A stretch of 64,000 nucleotides of DNA from Chiloscyllium plagiosum. Lineage: Eukaryota. The translations under genes were made by a program, and so were the position numbers. Positions 11,979 through 24,732 of the stretch are shown here, piece by piece (positions within the stretch are counted from its first letter, which is position 1; each line of letters starts with the position of its first letter). The notes under the pieces are model-generated. The model saw only the letters and a program-made list of their open reading frames with translations, did no database searches and was not told where the DNA came from. The stretch lies in contig NC_057757.1 of assembly GCF_004010195.1 (NCBI RefSeq), forward strand, positions 1,277,969-1,341,968. The letters are read 5' to 3'.

Positions 11979-13068
11979 TTGCATAAAGGTCTTAATTACT
12001 TGGGTGAGTGGGCAAGCTTTATTTTCAGATACGATTTGGTGTCCCCAATACTCTCCAGGACTGCTAATTAAATCCAGATAATAGGTAACATGGCGAGACA
12101 TCATATTGTTTGATGCTATTCATCTTTAACTTTCTTATGCTAATTTTGCTTTGTTGTAAGAAAAGAAATATTGCAGTTGGTGTCTGGGGGTTGAGAATAG
12201 GTGGTTAGCTAACTGTGTAAGGTCAGTCCAATGGGTTTTCCAGTGAAAGAGCGGAAGGGGGAAATGGTGAGGTTGGATGTGATTGGAGATGTGGGTCAAT
12301 TGATTGGAACTGGGATTTCATACAATCGGAGGCTCCAGGAACAGATGGAAGCAGAGTCGGCAACCCTCCAGCTAGACACAATCCATTTGCCAGGAGATGA
12401 ATTACAACTACAACTTTCTTTCATATCTTGTCTCTGATCTAGCAAAATTTCCCACGGTACTTCACTGGAGTGATTATCAAATAAAGTTTGACTTGGAGCT
12501 AAGTGAGGAGATATTAGGACTGATAAGCAAAAAACTTGGTCAACCAACAAGCTATCAGGCAGTCTATAATGTGGAAAGGTTTAGGGAGAGACTTCTAGAG
12601 CTAAGAGCTAACTAAAGGTGGGGGAACACATTGGTAGCGTGAAGAGAATTGGTAAGTGTGCAAGAGTCCAGTGTTTGAGGAGCACAGAGATATGTGAGTA
12701 TGAGTATTGACTTCTTGGCCTGATGTTGTTTCTGCACTCTCTACATTTTGTGCTTCTATACAACTGGCAATGTCCAATAACGAGACTGAGTCACCACAGT
12801 TAGCCAGCATTGTGGTGATTTAATCGGTGGATATCGAGATATCCAGATGTTCCCAAATCCTGGATCAGACCACAAACGGTTAATCCTCGTACAACAGTGG
12901 GTTTTTAAATCTCAGTGCTGCTAATTACTGTTATAGAACTGAGAGAAGTCAAAGAGTAATTGACCCATTGTTTCATTTTAAAGAAATATTTAAGGATCTT
13001 GAGCCTCCGAAGTGTTTTAACTTAAAACCATTTTGATTATTCTGAGTTCAAGATTTACTGCTTTCTTA

Positions 13069-13162
13069 GTTGAAACTTTATTGCTGGAACAGCACAGCAG
13101 GTCAGGCAGCATCCAGGGAACAGGAGATTCGACGTTTCGGGCACAGGCCCTTCTTCAGGCCC
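13069..13162 (-). mobile_element. 94-bp Penelope-terminus insertion with hammerhead core and 14-bp TSD
   Basis: TSD ttactgctttctta at 13055-13068 and 13163-13176; minus strand CTGAAGA-A-GGGC-ctgt-GCCC-GAAACGTC. Confidence 0.85.
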
Positions 13163-15164
13163 TTACTGCTTTCTTACTCAGGAAATATTTTTTTAAAAGT
13201 TTTGTGATTTAACCAAAACCCAACATCACAGAGTTGCAATTCTCATCTGTTCCAATGTAAAAAGGCACCCAACCATTGTTCCTGAAAGGAAAATGTTACA
13301 CAGGCTGGCAAAGAGCACCATGAAAAATTTGAAATACAAATAAAATTAATTGGTTCTTTTGACTTTAAATTTCATATAATCAGTAAGTTTCTGGTAGGAA
13401 CCTTCTGAATCTCCCAGTCTTCACACATGCAGCGATAACCTGTGTTTATGTAGCACTTTTAATATAGTTAAAAGATCCCAAGGCCCTTGTGGACAGAAAA
13501 TGGCACCTAGCCAAAGGAGATGACAGTTGGACAGATCTTTTAATGTGTGCTAACTGAAAATTTGGTCAGTAATGGAGTTTTAAGGAGTGTCTTGAGAGGC
13601 ACCACCTTCAGTGGCTTGTTTGGGAAAAACTTGGGAGTGCTTTGTTTACTTTATTATTAAATCTGAATTATTTTACACCTATAGGAGAATATCTACATTG
13701 GTTGTCAAGACAGCCACTGAGACTGAGGGCTATGGTATGGGTTTTTCAATTGGTTCATAGCAATGAAACTCTGGAAAATCTCAGATCAGCCTTTGCCTGT
13801 GTTGACTTAGTTGATCCTAATTGATGCAACAGTATAATTCTATGATTACCTTATTCACTGAAGGGAAAAAATACCTGAAGAATACAGCAAACAGTACTCA
13901 ATATGTTTGAGTAGTTAGTGAGTAAGGAAGAGGATTAGATTTAATTATGTAACTCACTTAGTTAACAACAAGAATGTCAATTTCCATTTATGCTTCACTC
14001 TGTTGATTTAGCTGATTTTAAAAAAATGATTTATTTTGATTGTGATATGGAATGCTGTAACTGTGATTGCCACTACTGCTGAGCACTTCTAGGAATATCA
14101 GGGATTGGAAAGATTTTAATAAATGAAAGTAATTTTAATCATTTCTCAGTTTGTTAGAAACACCTGTAATGTGACTGCTTGATTGATATTCAGTCAATTA
14201 TTATGCCAAAGATGTTGCGATGCTGCTGACCAGCCCTCTGTTACCAGTGGTTCGAGGTGTTACCTACTGAACCTTCTTGGCCAAACAATGCTCAGTTCAC
14301 AGCTGATTAATGGGTTGTTTAAATGAAACACTGGTTGACAGGTTGGTTTGGGTGACACTACATGTTCCTGGGTGACAATGAGTGCCAGATTCATCCAGTT
14401 GAAACTGCCTGATTTCCTGACAATGATTTGTGTTGCTGTAAGATGCTAGATAAAAGCATAAGATATTGTTGCTGAAAATAAGAGGCATAAAATTTACAGT
14501 CTAACTCATAGATCCAAACGTAGCCAGTAATTATTTGTAAATATCTTTAAGTATTTATTAAAAAGCAGTAGTTTAGATATGGTACATTACCTAAACAGAC
14601 AGAAAAAGTATACAACCTGTTACGACACACGATAAATTCTCCTGCTTAATTTAAAACCAGCAGCNNNNNNNNNNNNNNNNNNNNNNNNNNNNNNNNNNNN
14701 NNNNNNNNNNNNNNNNNNNNNNNNNNNNNNNNNNNNNNNNNNNNNNNNNNNNNNNNNNNNNNNNNNNNNNNNNNNNNNNNNNNNNNNNNNNNNNNNNNNN
14801 NNNNNNNNNNNNNNNNNNNNNNNNNNNNNNNNNNNNNNNNNNNNNNNNNNNNNNNNNNNNNNNNNNNNNNNNNNNNNNNNNNNNNNNNNNNNNNNNNNNN
14901 NNNNNNNNNNNNNNNNNNNNNNNNNNNNNNNNNNNNNNNNNNNNNNNNNNNNNNNNNNNNNNNNNNNNNNNNNNNNNNNNNNNNNNNNNNNNNNNNNNNN
15001 NNNNNNNNNNNNNNNNNNNNNNNNNNNNNNNNNNNNNNNNNNNNNNNNNNNNNNNNNNNNNNNNNNNNNNNNNNNNNNNNNNNNNNNNNNNNNNNNNNNN
15101 NNNNNNNNNNNNNNNNNNNNNNNNNNNNNNNNNNNNNNNNNNNNNNNNNNNNNNNNNNNNNNNN

Positions 15165-17415
15165 AACTTCCCTCACACAAAACCATGTTGACTATCCCTA
15201 ATCATTCGTTGTCTCTCCAAATGCATATAAATCCCATCTTTTAGAATCACCTCCAACAACTTACCCACTGTTAGAAACGAAAATCGCTTCTCAATAATCG
15301 CTCTAGACAAATTCAGGAAAACAAAGTTTTATTAGCAAGTCAGCAGAGTTGGGCACTCTTCTGAGAAAAGCGCGCCGAGGCTAACAATGTCTTCTGATTA
15401 AATACAGGACAAGTCCCTCCCCTCTGTGGCTGTAAAGAGTCACGAGGTTCACATTCTAAACCGTTCAGCAATTTTCCATTCTATATCCTTATCTTAAAGT
15501 CGATAGCAGATGTCTCCCGAGTTGTTTTTTTCTTCTTACCCTGTAGTCTTATCAGTCAAGGACTTATTCTTCTCTGTCAGAGTTAGTGGTCCTATTAATC
15601 AAGGACTTGTTTTTCTATTCTGTGTGAGTGGTCTTATCAATCAAGGACTTGTATTTCTACTCTGTCAATGTGAGTGGTCTTATCAACCCGTAGCAGCAGA
15701 TGTCTCGTCTTTTATTACAGAGAAGCATGTTTTACCCTACCCCTATGGCTCTATTCCCCTTAGACTCTGAGGTCATGCACATCTCAGTTGTTTGTACCGA
15801 AATCGTCTCTCACACCCACCACCAAAATCAAACTCAAAGGTTTATAGTTCCCAGACTTCTCCTTACATCCCTTCTTCAATAAAGGCACAACATTAACTAC
15901 TCTCTGGTCATCCAGCACCTCACCAATAGTTACAGATGATAGAAATAAATCGGCAAGAGGTCCTGCAATTTCCTCCCTAACTTGCCTCAACATTCTGCGA
16001 TACTCTAGATCGGGTCCTGGACATTTATCCAGCATTATGTTTAAGAAGACCCTCAGCACTTTCTCTTTTGTAATGTGAACTGTTTTCAAAACATCAAAAT
16101 TTACTTTCCTTAGTACTGTAGCCTCCATTCCTTTCTCCACAATGAAAACTGACACAAAATATTAATTTAATATCTCTCCCATTTCCTGAGGCTCAACATA
16201 AAGATGACCTCTTTGATCTTTAAGGGGCCCTACTCTCTCTCTAGTTGCTCTCTTGCTCTCAATGTGCTTGTAGAATCTCTTTGGATTATCCTTAATCTTA
16301 TTGACCAAGGCTGTTTCAATCCTCTCTTTGCCTTTCTGATCTCCCTCTTCAGAATGCCCCTCCACTCTTTATACTGTTCAGGAGATTCATTTGAACCCAG
16401 TTGTCTGTATCTAATGTATGATTCTTTTTTTATCCTTGACTAGAGCCTCAATATCTTTATTTACCCATTGTTCTTTAATCCTACTAGCCTTAGATTTCAC
16501 TCTAACAAGAACATTATGACTCTGAACTCTTGTTATTCCACTTTTGAAAGCTTCCCAGTTATCAATGTATTTTTACCTATGAACAGCCTACTCTAATCAA
16601 CTTTTTAAACGTTAAAATTTGCCATACTCCATTTAAAAACTTAACCTTTTCCATCACTATTTTAAAACAAATAGAATTGTGATCACTCGACCCAAAGTGT
16701 TCTCCTAATATCACTTCAGTCACTTGCTCTGTCTTATTACCCAAAAGAAGGTCAATATTTGTTCTTTCTCTGGTTGGAACATTTACATATTGATGACAAA
16801 ATTTTTCTTGAACACATTTAATAAATTCTTCACCATCCAAACCTTAACGTTATGGTAATCCCAGTCAATGTTTGGAAAATTAAATCACATACTATATCAG
16901 CCTTACTATTCTTATCTGAGATCTCTCTACATACATGTTCCTCAATTTCCCTCTGACTATTTTCTATGGAACAATCCCATCAAGGTGATCATCCCTTTCT
17001 TATTACTAATTTCAACCCATATATTTTCACTGGATGATTTTTCAAGAATTATCTTTTCTAGTTACAGCAGCACGGTTTTCCTTAATCAAAATGCCACTCC
17101 CCCTCCCCTTCTGAAAACTGAAAGCTGCCAGTCCGAACCCTTTCTGAAACTGGAAGATTTTGCTGCCAGTCCTGTCCATCCCCGAGCCAAGTTTCGGTAG
17201 TAGGTATGATGTCCAAATCCCATCCTCCTAAACATGCCCTGAGTTCCTCAGCCTTACCTGTCAGATCTCTTACATTGAAGTAAGTGCAGTTTAACTCTTC
17301 AGAGTTATTCTTATCTGTGTGCTGTAATGAACTTATTCTTTTCAGATTCAAAACCACCTGCATGTAACTTTCTATTTACACTGCTGTTTAGGATCCTTCC
17401 ACTATCGCTGTTCTC
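15165..17415 (-). mobile_element. CR1 LINE (EN to RT linker), interrupted by a solo LTR
   Basis: YFNVRDLTGKAEEL..TETWL, LGEHFGSSDHN, IKDNPKRFYK, GPD..REEIAGPLA..NVVPLLKKG..NYKPLSL. Confidence 0.88.
15269..15814 (-). mobile_element. Solo LTR (546 bp)
   Basis: Starts tgttaga, ends tctcaca (6/7 inverted termini, TG..CA); 5-bp TSD cccac (15264-15268, 15815-15819); CR1 sequence continues across it; minus-strand AATAAA ~15330. Confidence 0.85.
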
Positions 17416-18224
17416 TAATAAATGTATGGTTATCCACTTTGGTGGCAAGAACAGGAAGGCAGATTACTACCTAAATGGAGTCAAGTTAGGTAAAGGGGCA
17501 GTACAGAGAGATCTGGGTGTTCTTGTACACCAGTCAATGAAGGTAAGCATGCAGGTACAGCAGGTGGTGAAGAAGGCTAATAGCATGCTGGCCTTCGTAA
17601 CAAGAGGGATTGAGAATAGAAGCAAAGAGGTTCTTCTGCAGCTGTACAGGGCCCTGGTGAGACTGCACCTGGAATATTGTGTGCAGTTCTGGTCTCCAAA
17701 TTTGAGGAAAGACATTCTGGCTATTGAGGGAGTGCAGCGTAGGTTCACGAGGTCAATTCCTGGAATGGCAGGACTATCTTATGTTGAAAGATTGGAGCAA
17801 CTGGGCTTGTATACCCTTGAGTTTAGAAGACTGAGAGGGGATCTGATTGAGACGTATAAGATTATTAAAGAATTGGACACTCTGGAGGCAGGAAACATGT
17901 TTCCGCTGATGGGTGAGTCCCGAATCAGAGGACACAGCTTAAAAATACGGGATAGACCATTTAGGACAGAGATGAGGAGAAACTTCTTCACCCAGAGAGT
18001 GGTGGGTGTATGGAATGCTCTTCCCCAGAGGGCAGTGAAGGCCCAGTCTCTGGATTCGTTTAAGAAAGAGTTGGATAGAGCTCTCAAGAATAGTGGAATC
18101 AAGGGTTATGGAGATAAGGCATGAACAGGATACTGATTGAGGATGATCAGCCATGATCATATTGAATGGTGGTGCAGGCTCCAAGGGCAGAATGGCCTAC
18201 TCCTGCACCTATTGTCTATTGTCT
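17416..18224 (+). mobile_element. Young 5'-truncated CR1 LINE (ORF2 C-terminus intact)
   Basis: Uninterrupted frame RDLGV..LYRALVR.HLEYCVQFWSP..RRLRGDLIETYKI..FFTQRVV..WN.LP; tail tattgtctattgtct. Confidence 0.93.
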
Positions 18225-18337
18225 AATAGTTTACAGTCTGTCAAGACAGAATTAGCAAATGTATCCACTAGGATATTGGGACCTTTCCAGTACAGGTGAA
18301 GCCCATCCTTTTTGAACAATTGTTTTCTGCCCCAGTG

Positions 18338-20476
18338 GGTGCCTCTGATTGGTGGGTCAGTGGGTATCTCTGGTAGGTGGGTCAGTGGGTATCTCTGGTA
18401 GGTGGGTCAGTGGGTATCTCTGGTAGGTGGGTCAAAGGGAGCCTCTGGTGGTTTAGTGTGTGCCTCTGATTGTTGAATGGTGGAGTGTCTCTGGTGGTAT
18501 GTCTGCATCTGATTGTGGGCTGTCTCTGATTGCTGAGTCAGTGGATGTCTCTGACTGGTGGATCATGAGGTGTGTCTGGTGGGCAAGGGGTACCTCTGAC
18601 TGGTGGGTTGTGTGGTGCTTCCGATTGGTGGCGTGTAGGGCCCCTCTGATTGGTGGGTTAATGGGGGTCTCTGATTGGTGGGTCATGGGATGTATGATTA
18701 ATGGGTCACTTGGATCTCTCCATTTGGTAGTCATGATTTGGAGATGCCGGTATTGGACTGGTGTGTACAAAGTTAAAAATCACACAACACCAGGTTATAA
18801 ACCAACAGGCATATTTGGAAGCACTAGCTTTAGGAGTGTTGCTCCTTTGGAGCAAAAGTTTACAGTCTAATGCAGCTAAAATTATAGATTGAAAAAGACC
18901 TGGAGTATTCGTTAAATCTCTCAACTTTTAAAATGACCACGTTGGTTTCAGTTCTTTCATATGTAAATCCCAGACCTTTAACAATAGGTACCATGTCAGC
19001 CCAGGCAATACAGTTAAAGTTCACTTGAGAATGTAACTTTAAAAAAAGGTCTGGGATTTATATATGAATGAACTGAAACTAACGTGGTCATTCTAAAAGA
19101 TGAGAGGGTTACAAACAATACAGGTCTTTTTCAATATATAAGTTCAGCTGCATCACACCGTTTGCTATAAATGTTTGCTATAAATTCTGTGTCTTCCCCT
19201 AGTTTGATCTAATACTTCACAACCACCTGATGAAGGAGCAGTGTTTAGAAAGCCACAGCTTCCAAATGAACCTGTTGGACTATAACCTGGTGTTGTGTGA
19301 TTTTTAACACTGTTTGGTAGGTCAGTGGGTAATGCTGATTGGCAGGTTTGATGGGTTAGTGGGTGTCTGTAATTGGTGGAATGTAGGGTATCTCTGATTA
19401 ATGAATCACCAGGATGTCTCTGATTGGTGGGTCAGTGGGTGTCTCTGATTGGTGGGTCATTGGTTGTGTCTGATTGGTGATCATAGGATATCTCTGATTG
19501 GTGACTCAGCAGGTGTCTTTGGTGGGTCAGTGGGTGTCTCTGATTGGTGGCTTAGTGGGCAAAAGATTCTCTGCTCAGAGCATGTCTCTGGTGATCTTGG
19601 GGAGTCTCTGATTGGTTGGTTGTGGGGTATATCTGATTGGTGGCTCAGTAGGAGTGCCTTTGTTTGGTTGCTCAGTGGGTGCCTGATTGGTTGATTAGTT
19701 GGTGTCTCTGATCTGGTTGAGTCTCATTGATGTAGTTGTAGGATGTCTTTCTGATTAGTGAGTCAATGGGTGTCTCTGATTGGTGGGGTTGCAGCATGTC
19801 TCTCATTGGTGGAGTTGTGGGATGCATCTGGTTGGTGGATTTTGGGAAGACTCTGATAGGTGACACAGTAACTGGCTCTGATTGGTGGAGTCGTGGGATG
19901 TCTGGTGGAGTTGTAGGATGTCTCTGATTGGTGGGTCAGTGGGCATCTCTGATAGGTGAGACGGTGATGTCTCTGATTGGTGGGTCAGTGGGCATCTCTG
20001 ATTGGTGAGACAGTGATGTCTCTGATTGGTGGGTCAGTGGGCATCTCTGACTGGTGAGACAGTGATGTCTCTGATTGGTGGGTCGGTGGGCATCTCTGAT
20101 TGGTGAGACGGTGATGTCTCTGATTGGTGGGTCGGTAGGCATCTCTGATTGGTGAGACGGGTGATGTCTCTGATTGGTGGGTCGGTGGGCATCTCTGATT
20201 GGTGAGACGGTGATGTCTCTGATTGGTGGGTCGGTGGGCATCGCTGATTGGTGAGACGGTGATGTCTCTGATTGGTGGGTCAGTGGGCATCTCTGATTGG
20301 TGAGACGGTGATGTCTCTGATTGGTGGGTCGGTGGGCATCTCTGATTGGTGAGACGGGTGATGTCTCTGATTGGTGGGTCGGTGGGCATCTCTGATTGGT
20401 GAGGCGGTGATGTCTCTGATTGGTGGGTCGGTGGGCTTCTCTGATTGGTGAGACGGTGATGTCTCTGATTGGTGGG
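18338..20476. repeat. CCAAT-box minisatellite: degenerate 18338-19920, homogeneous 49-bp (25+24) array 19921-20476
   Basis: Unit tctctgattggtgggtcggtgggca+tctctgattggtgagacggtgatg; 11 full units plus a half unit from 19921 to 20462. Confidence 0.95.
18733..19312. mobile_element. Penelope-derived element with inverted termini, inserted into the minisatellite
   Basis: Terminal arms aaaaatcacacaacaccaggttata.. / ..tataacctggtgttgtgtgattttt; decayed ctgatgaaggagc core at ~19226; same family as 33156 and 57729. Confidence 0.7.
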
Positions 20477-20572
20477 TGGTCGGCGTCGCCGTTGGAGAAG
20501 GCGGGAGCGCAGCATCATAACGGTTCCGCCGGGTATTTCCGGTTCCGGCCCCGGCCCAGAGCGCCGGGAGAG

Positions 20573-20600
20573 ATGGTGGAGAAGAAGCGGGAGAGTGTGG
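20573..20600 (+). CDS. ZNHIT1: Zinc finger HIT domain protein 1, coding exon 1
   Basis: ATG MVEKKRESV-g | gtaagg donor; matches the MVEKK start of vertebrate ZNHIT1. Confidence 0.88.
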
Positions 20601-20677
20601 GTAAGGGCAGTTGGGCGGTGATGGGGGAGGCTGCTGGCCCGGTCGGTGTTTGACCCCGGTGTTGTTGTTGTCTCCAG

Positions 20678-20845
20678 GCCGGTTTGCGGAGGGCGGGCAG
20701 CGGCGGGTCCTGGACCAGGCCACCCGCCAGCGGCGCCTCAACCGGCAGCTGGACGCCCTGGAGAAGGACAACTTCCAGGATGACCCACACGCCAACCTGC
20801 CGCAGCTCAAGCGGCTCCCGCAGTTCGATGACCACACGGAGTCCG
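20678..20845 (+). CDS. ZNHIT1: ZNHIT1 coding exon 2
   Basis: tctccag | ..GQRRVLDQATRQRRLNRQLDALEKDNFQDDPHANLPQLKRLPQFDD.. | gtgag; phase consistent. Confidence 0.95.
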
Positions 20846-21244
20846 GTGAGGGCCCGGGGGACCAGGGCCTGGGGGGACAGTGACCCTGGGGGGGAGGGGG
20901 ACAGTGACCCTGNNNNNNNNNNNNNNNNNNNNNNNNNNNNNNNNNNNNNNNNNNNNNNNNNNNNNNNNNNNNNNNNNNNNNNNNNNNNNNNNNNNNNNNN
21001 NNNNNNNNNNNNNNNNNNNNNNNNNNNNNNTCCCGGGGAGAGGGGGGGTTTCTGGGATGGTGTGGGGTGCAGGTTGGTGTTGGTGTGAGCGATGGCGATG
21101 AGGTGGTGGAGTCCCTATTTTGAATCTGTGTAGGTGGGGGGTGGCTCCTGGTTGTTATTTGAGAAGGGGTGTGGATGTACGAAAGTGGGAGCTGGTGTTG
21201 CTGTTGCTGACTGAGCTGCTGCTGCTGATGAGTTTGTGTTTTAG

Positions 21245-21324
21245 CAAAGAAGAAGAAAAAGACACGAGGTGATCACTTCAAACAGCGTTTCAGGAAGAAT
21301 TTCCAATCCCTCTTGGAAGAACAG
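21245..21324 (+). CDS. ZNHIT1: ZNHIT1 coding exon 3
   Basis: ttttag | KKKKKTRGDHFKQRFRKNFQSLLEEQ | gtgatg. Confidence 0.95.
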
Positions 21325-21746
21325 GTGATGGTTTATGTGTGGGCTGTTCCCTGACCCCTGCCTTCAGTCCCTCTGCAGACTCTGTCCTGCCCCACTTTAT
21401 TATTTGATGTCACTGGTTGAGCCAACATTTATTGTCCCTCCCTAGTCACCCCTGACTCCTCCCCGGTGAGCTGCTGCTGTCTGTGTTCTGTGGAGAGGCC
21501 CATGATACTCTTGGGGAGTGAATTCCAGAATTCTCTGAAGGAATGGTGATATATTTTCAGGCTAGGATGGTGAGTGGCTCAGAAGGGATATGCTGGTGGT
21601 GGGCATAGATCATAGAATAGGCAAAAGTGATGAGCCCTTCCTGATGAAGGGCTGTTGCCCGAAATGTTGATTTATTTTTTTTTCTGCTCCTCGGATGCTG
21701 CCTGGCCTGCTGTGCTTTTCCAGCACCACTCCTCCAATCTTGACAT

Positions 21747-22089
21747 AGATCATAGAATCCCTACAAATAGGCCATTTGATCCAACGATCCACACCAACCT
21801 TCTGCAGAGTATCCCACCCAAGATCCATTCCCCTGCCCTATATTTACCTCTGATTAATGTGCCTAACCCACAGATCCCTGTACACGATGGGACAATTTAA
21901 CACGGCCAATCCACCCTCACCTGCACATCTTTGGACTGTGGGAGGAAACCAGAGCACCCAGAGGAAACCCACGCAGACACGGGGAGAACATGCAAACTCC
22001 ACACAGACAGTCGCCTGAGGCTGGGATCAAACCTGGGTCCCTGGTGCTGTGAGGCAGCAGTGCTAACCACTGAGCCACTGTGCTGCCCA
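21747..22089 (-). mobile_element. HE1/V-SINE
   Basis: Reverse complement of the SINE at 9699. Confidence 0.88.
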
Positions 22090-22349
22090 TAGGGTGTTCT
22101 GACATACATGCTGCCCTTATCCTTATGGGTAGAATCAGTCATGTCTTTGAAATGAGTGTCTCAGGTGTTTTGGTGAATTGCTGCAATGCATCTTGTAGAT
22201 GGTACACACTGCTGCTACTGAGCAAGTGGAGGGAGTGAATGTTTGTTAGTGTGGTGCTCTGTTCTGGGTGGTATCAAACTTCGAATGTTGTTGGAGCTCC
22301 AGAATTCCTCACCTCTGAAGGTGGAATTTACTGAAGATGCTGAAATCCA

Positions 22350-22850
22350 TACTGAAAGCAACAAATGCTGGAGCTCACAGTGGGTTAGACGGTGAGCTAA
22401 CGTTTTGAGTCCAGGTGACTCTTCGGCGTTGAAGTGAAGTGTGGAGGGGGCAGCACTTATGGGGGGGAGCGGAGGGGAGTGGGGAATGTCAGGGTGGTGG
22501 GGTGCAGGGCACTGGTGGAGAAAAGATGTTGATAGTTTAGGTTAAGTGATCGGTGTCCCCATGTCCTCCCCCTACCTCAGTGGAACTGTTTTCTCTTTCA
22601 GGTCTGACAGTTAGACATGCCATTATTCTGTCAGTCTCATGTTCTGATCATGTAATCGGAACTACTAACATCTTTTCTCCCTCAGCACTCTATCCTACCA
22701 TCCCTCACCAAAGCCGCTCCCTTACTATTGCATAAGTGCTGTCCCCTCCACACTTCCCTTCAGCTCTGATGAAGAGTCATCTCGACTCAGTTAGTTTGCT
22801 CTCTCTCTGGATACCATCTAACCCACCATGAACTCCAGCATTTGATGTTT
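22350..22850. mobile_element. Penelope-derived element with inverted arms (decayed)
   Basis: Arms 22350-22550 and 22640-22850 are inverted relative to each other; decayed ctgatgaagagtc..gactc core at ~22766. Confidence 0.55.
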
Positions 22851-23570
22851 TCCTCCCCTCTGACCTGCTCCTGTAGCCACTGTATTTAATATGGCTAGTC
22901 CAGTTCAGTTTCTGATCAATGGTAATCCCTGGAGGATTCAGTTTTGGTAATGCTGGTGAATGTCATGGGAGCTGAAAATCTGTTGCTGGAAAAGCACAGC
23001 AGGTCAGGCAGCATCCAAGGAGCAGGAGAATCGACGTTTCGGGCATGAGCCCTTCTTCAGGAAGGAGTGTTTTGAATAGCAGTCTCTAGATGGTAGGTTG
23101 CTCTCTCTCTGGCTGACTCTCAAAATGCTGGCTACTTCATACCCTAAACATCAGATCGTCTCATTAGTTTGATGTTGTCAAAACAGTAAAATTCAAATTT
23201 GATTGGATTTTAGTATCCTGGGACATAATTTAAACTGATTGGTTAGCTTCAAATGGTCAAAACAACTGAGGTATCCAGCCTACAGCCAAATGTTACATAC
23301 TTTCAATTTTCCAGTACATTCCGAGACTGCCAATCAGTCACATGACAGTTGCCTGCAAACTCTCACTGCTAAAACAGCCGTCACTCTCTCCTACGCGCCT
23401 TCATAACGCCACACTTCATAACACTACCTTGAGCTCAAGAGCGGAGTATCACAGGATTTGCACAGCTATTTTAATAACTTGTATATAGTTTTAAGAAGTA
23501 TTGACTGAAAGTTCAGAATATACTGAGCATAACAATGTTAACAAACTTATTTTGATTTCTGCCAAAACAG

Positions 23571-23740
23571 AACTTGAGTACAAGTGAGGGGCCGAACTAT
23601 TTGACAACGTGTGCTGGTCCTTCCAAGCTGCCGCAGCGCCATTTCTGTGCAGTTTGTGGTTTTCCATCCAACTACACCTGTGTGTCATGTGGAGCCCGAT
23701 ACTGTTGTGTCAAGTGCCTGGGCACACATCAGGAAACCAG
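23571..23740 (+). CDS. ZNHIT1: ZNHIT1 coding exon 4 (HIT zinc finger)
   Basis: aaacag | NLSTSEGPNYLT..FCAVCGFPSNYTCVSCGARYCCVKCLGTHQETR | gtacg. Confidence 0.96.
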
Positions 23741-24504
23741 GTACGTTTTCCTCCTAATTACAGAGTAAAGCTCCCTCTACACTGTCTCTCATCCAACACT
23801 CCAGGACAGGGATAGCACAGGGTTAGATACAGAGTAAAGCTCCCTGTATGCTGCTCCCCATCAAATACTTCTCAAGGGCACTGGCAATAGATGCTGGCAT
23901 TGCCCACATTGCAAGAATGAATGAATAGGGGGAGAAAGGATTCCCAGGACAGGTAGAGCACGGGTTATTGTATGCCGTTCACTGACTGATTTTAACTGAC
24001 TGAGAGATATTGAATTTCTGCCAGCTTCATCCTTTCAAGTTATTGCCTGATGGGCTATTCTGAGGTGAGTCTGGCAAACTGTAGAAGTCAAGAAATGAGA
24101 GCTCCTCGTTCCTGTTTCATTTGGTGTTGGCTTCGAGCCAGTTAGTAAGTCGCTAACTCATTTTCCAGCTGACCCTCAAAGGTTTGATTGAGATTGGAAG
24201 CAGAATAGAACTGACAAATCATTCAGCTGCACAATGCAGTGGCGTCCTCACTTGACACTGCCTCAAGTGACCTTCTGATTGTGGAGGGACACTGGATAGG
24301 TTAAAGCCCTGGAGCCCTGATTAGTCATTATGTGAGCTCCGTATCACCCAGATAGTTATTAGGAAAGTCCATTACAAAGAAAATGCTCAAAATGCCTCCT
24401 CTGTGGACATCACTTTGATTCTGAATGCCACCACTGACTTTAGAAAATTGGAGGGGTTTTGTTTTTACAGCTTTGAAGACTGACTGTAATGATCTTCTGT
24501 GCAG

Positions 24505-24526
24505 GTGTCTGAAGTGGACAGTATGA
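24505..24526 (+). CDS. ZNHIT1: ZNHIT1 coding exon 5 (CLKWTV-stop); spliced CDS 468 nt = 155 aa
   Basis: tgtgcag | g tgt ctg aag tgg aca gta tga. Confidence 0.93.
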
Positions 24527-24732
24527 AGTCTGAAGTCTAGCCTGTGTCCAGGAGACAGCAATTATAACCCTCCTGAATTATCGAAACAGCCTGTTCTTTT
24601 ATTCACATCCTCCTTTCGAGTCTGATTTGAACCTGACATCAATCTTGGGGCTGGGGGACCCAGAAAATGCCAGTGGGCCTGTGAACTGTTGGTGGACAAT
24701 TCTCTGTTTCATTTTTTTTTAATGTTTGTTTG

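Larger units (their letters stand above)
20477..20912 (+). promoter_or_regulatory. CpG island / ZNHIT1 promoter-proximal region with tandem ETS-like CCGGAA sites
   Basis: High CpG density against a CpG-poor background; tttccggttccgg at ~20536-20548 just upstream of the ATG. Confidence 0.7.

Noticed and set aside
14620..15186. Long ORFs containing X runs (also near 20684-21101 and 61507-62388)
   Set aside because: Artefacts of translating through N gaps
17327..18124. 265-aa ORF as a host gene
   Set aside because: It is the CR1 ORF2 C-terminus with a chance upstream start
19921..20476. CRISPR-like regular repeat pattern and repetitive ORFs (PTDPPIRDIT..)
   Set aside because: The intervening sequences are themselves repeated rather than unique spacers, there are no cas genes, and the context is eukaryotic; the ORFs are satellite translations
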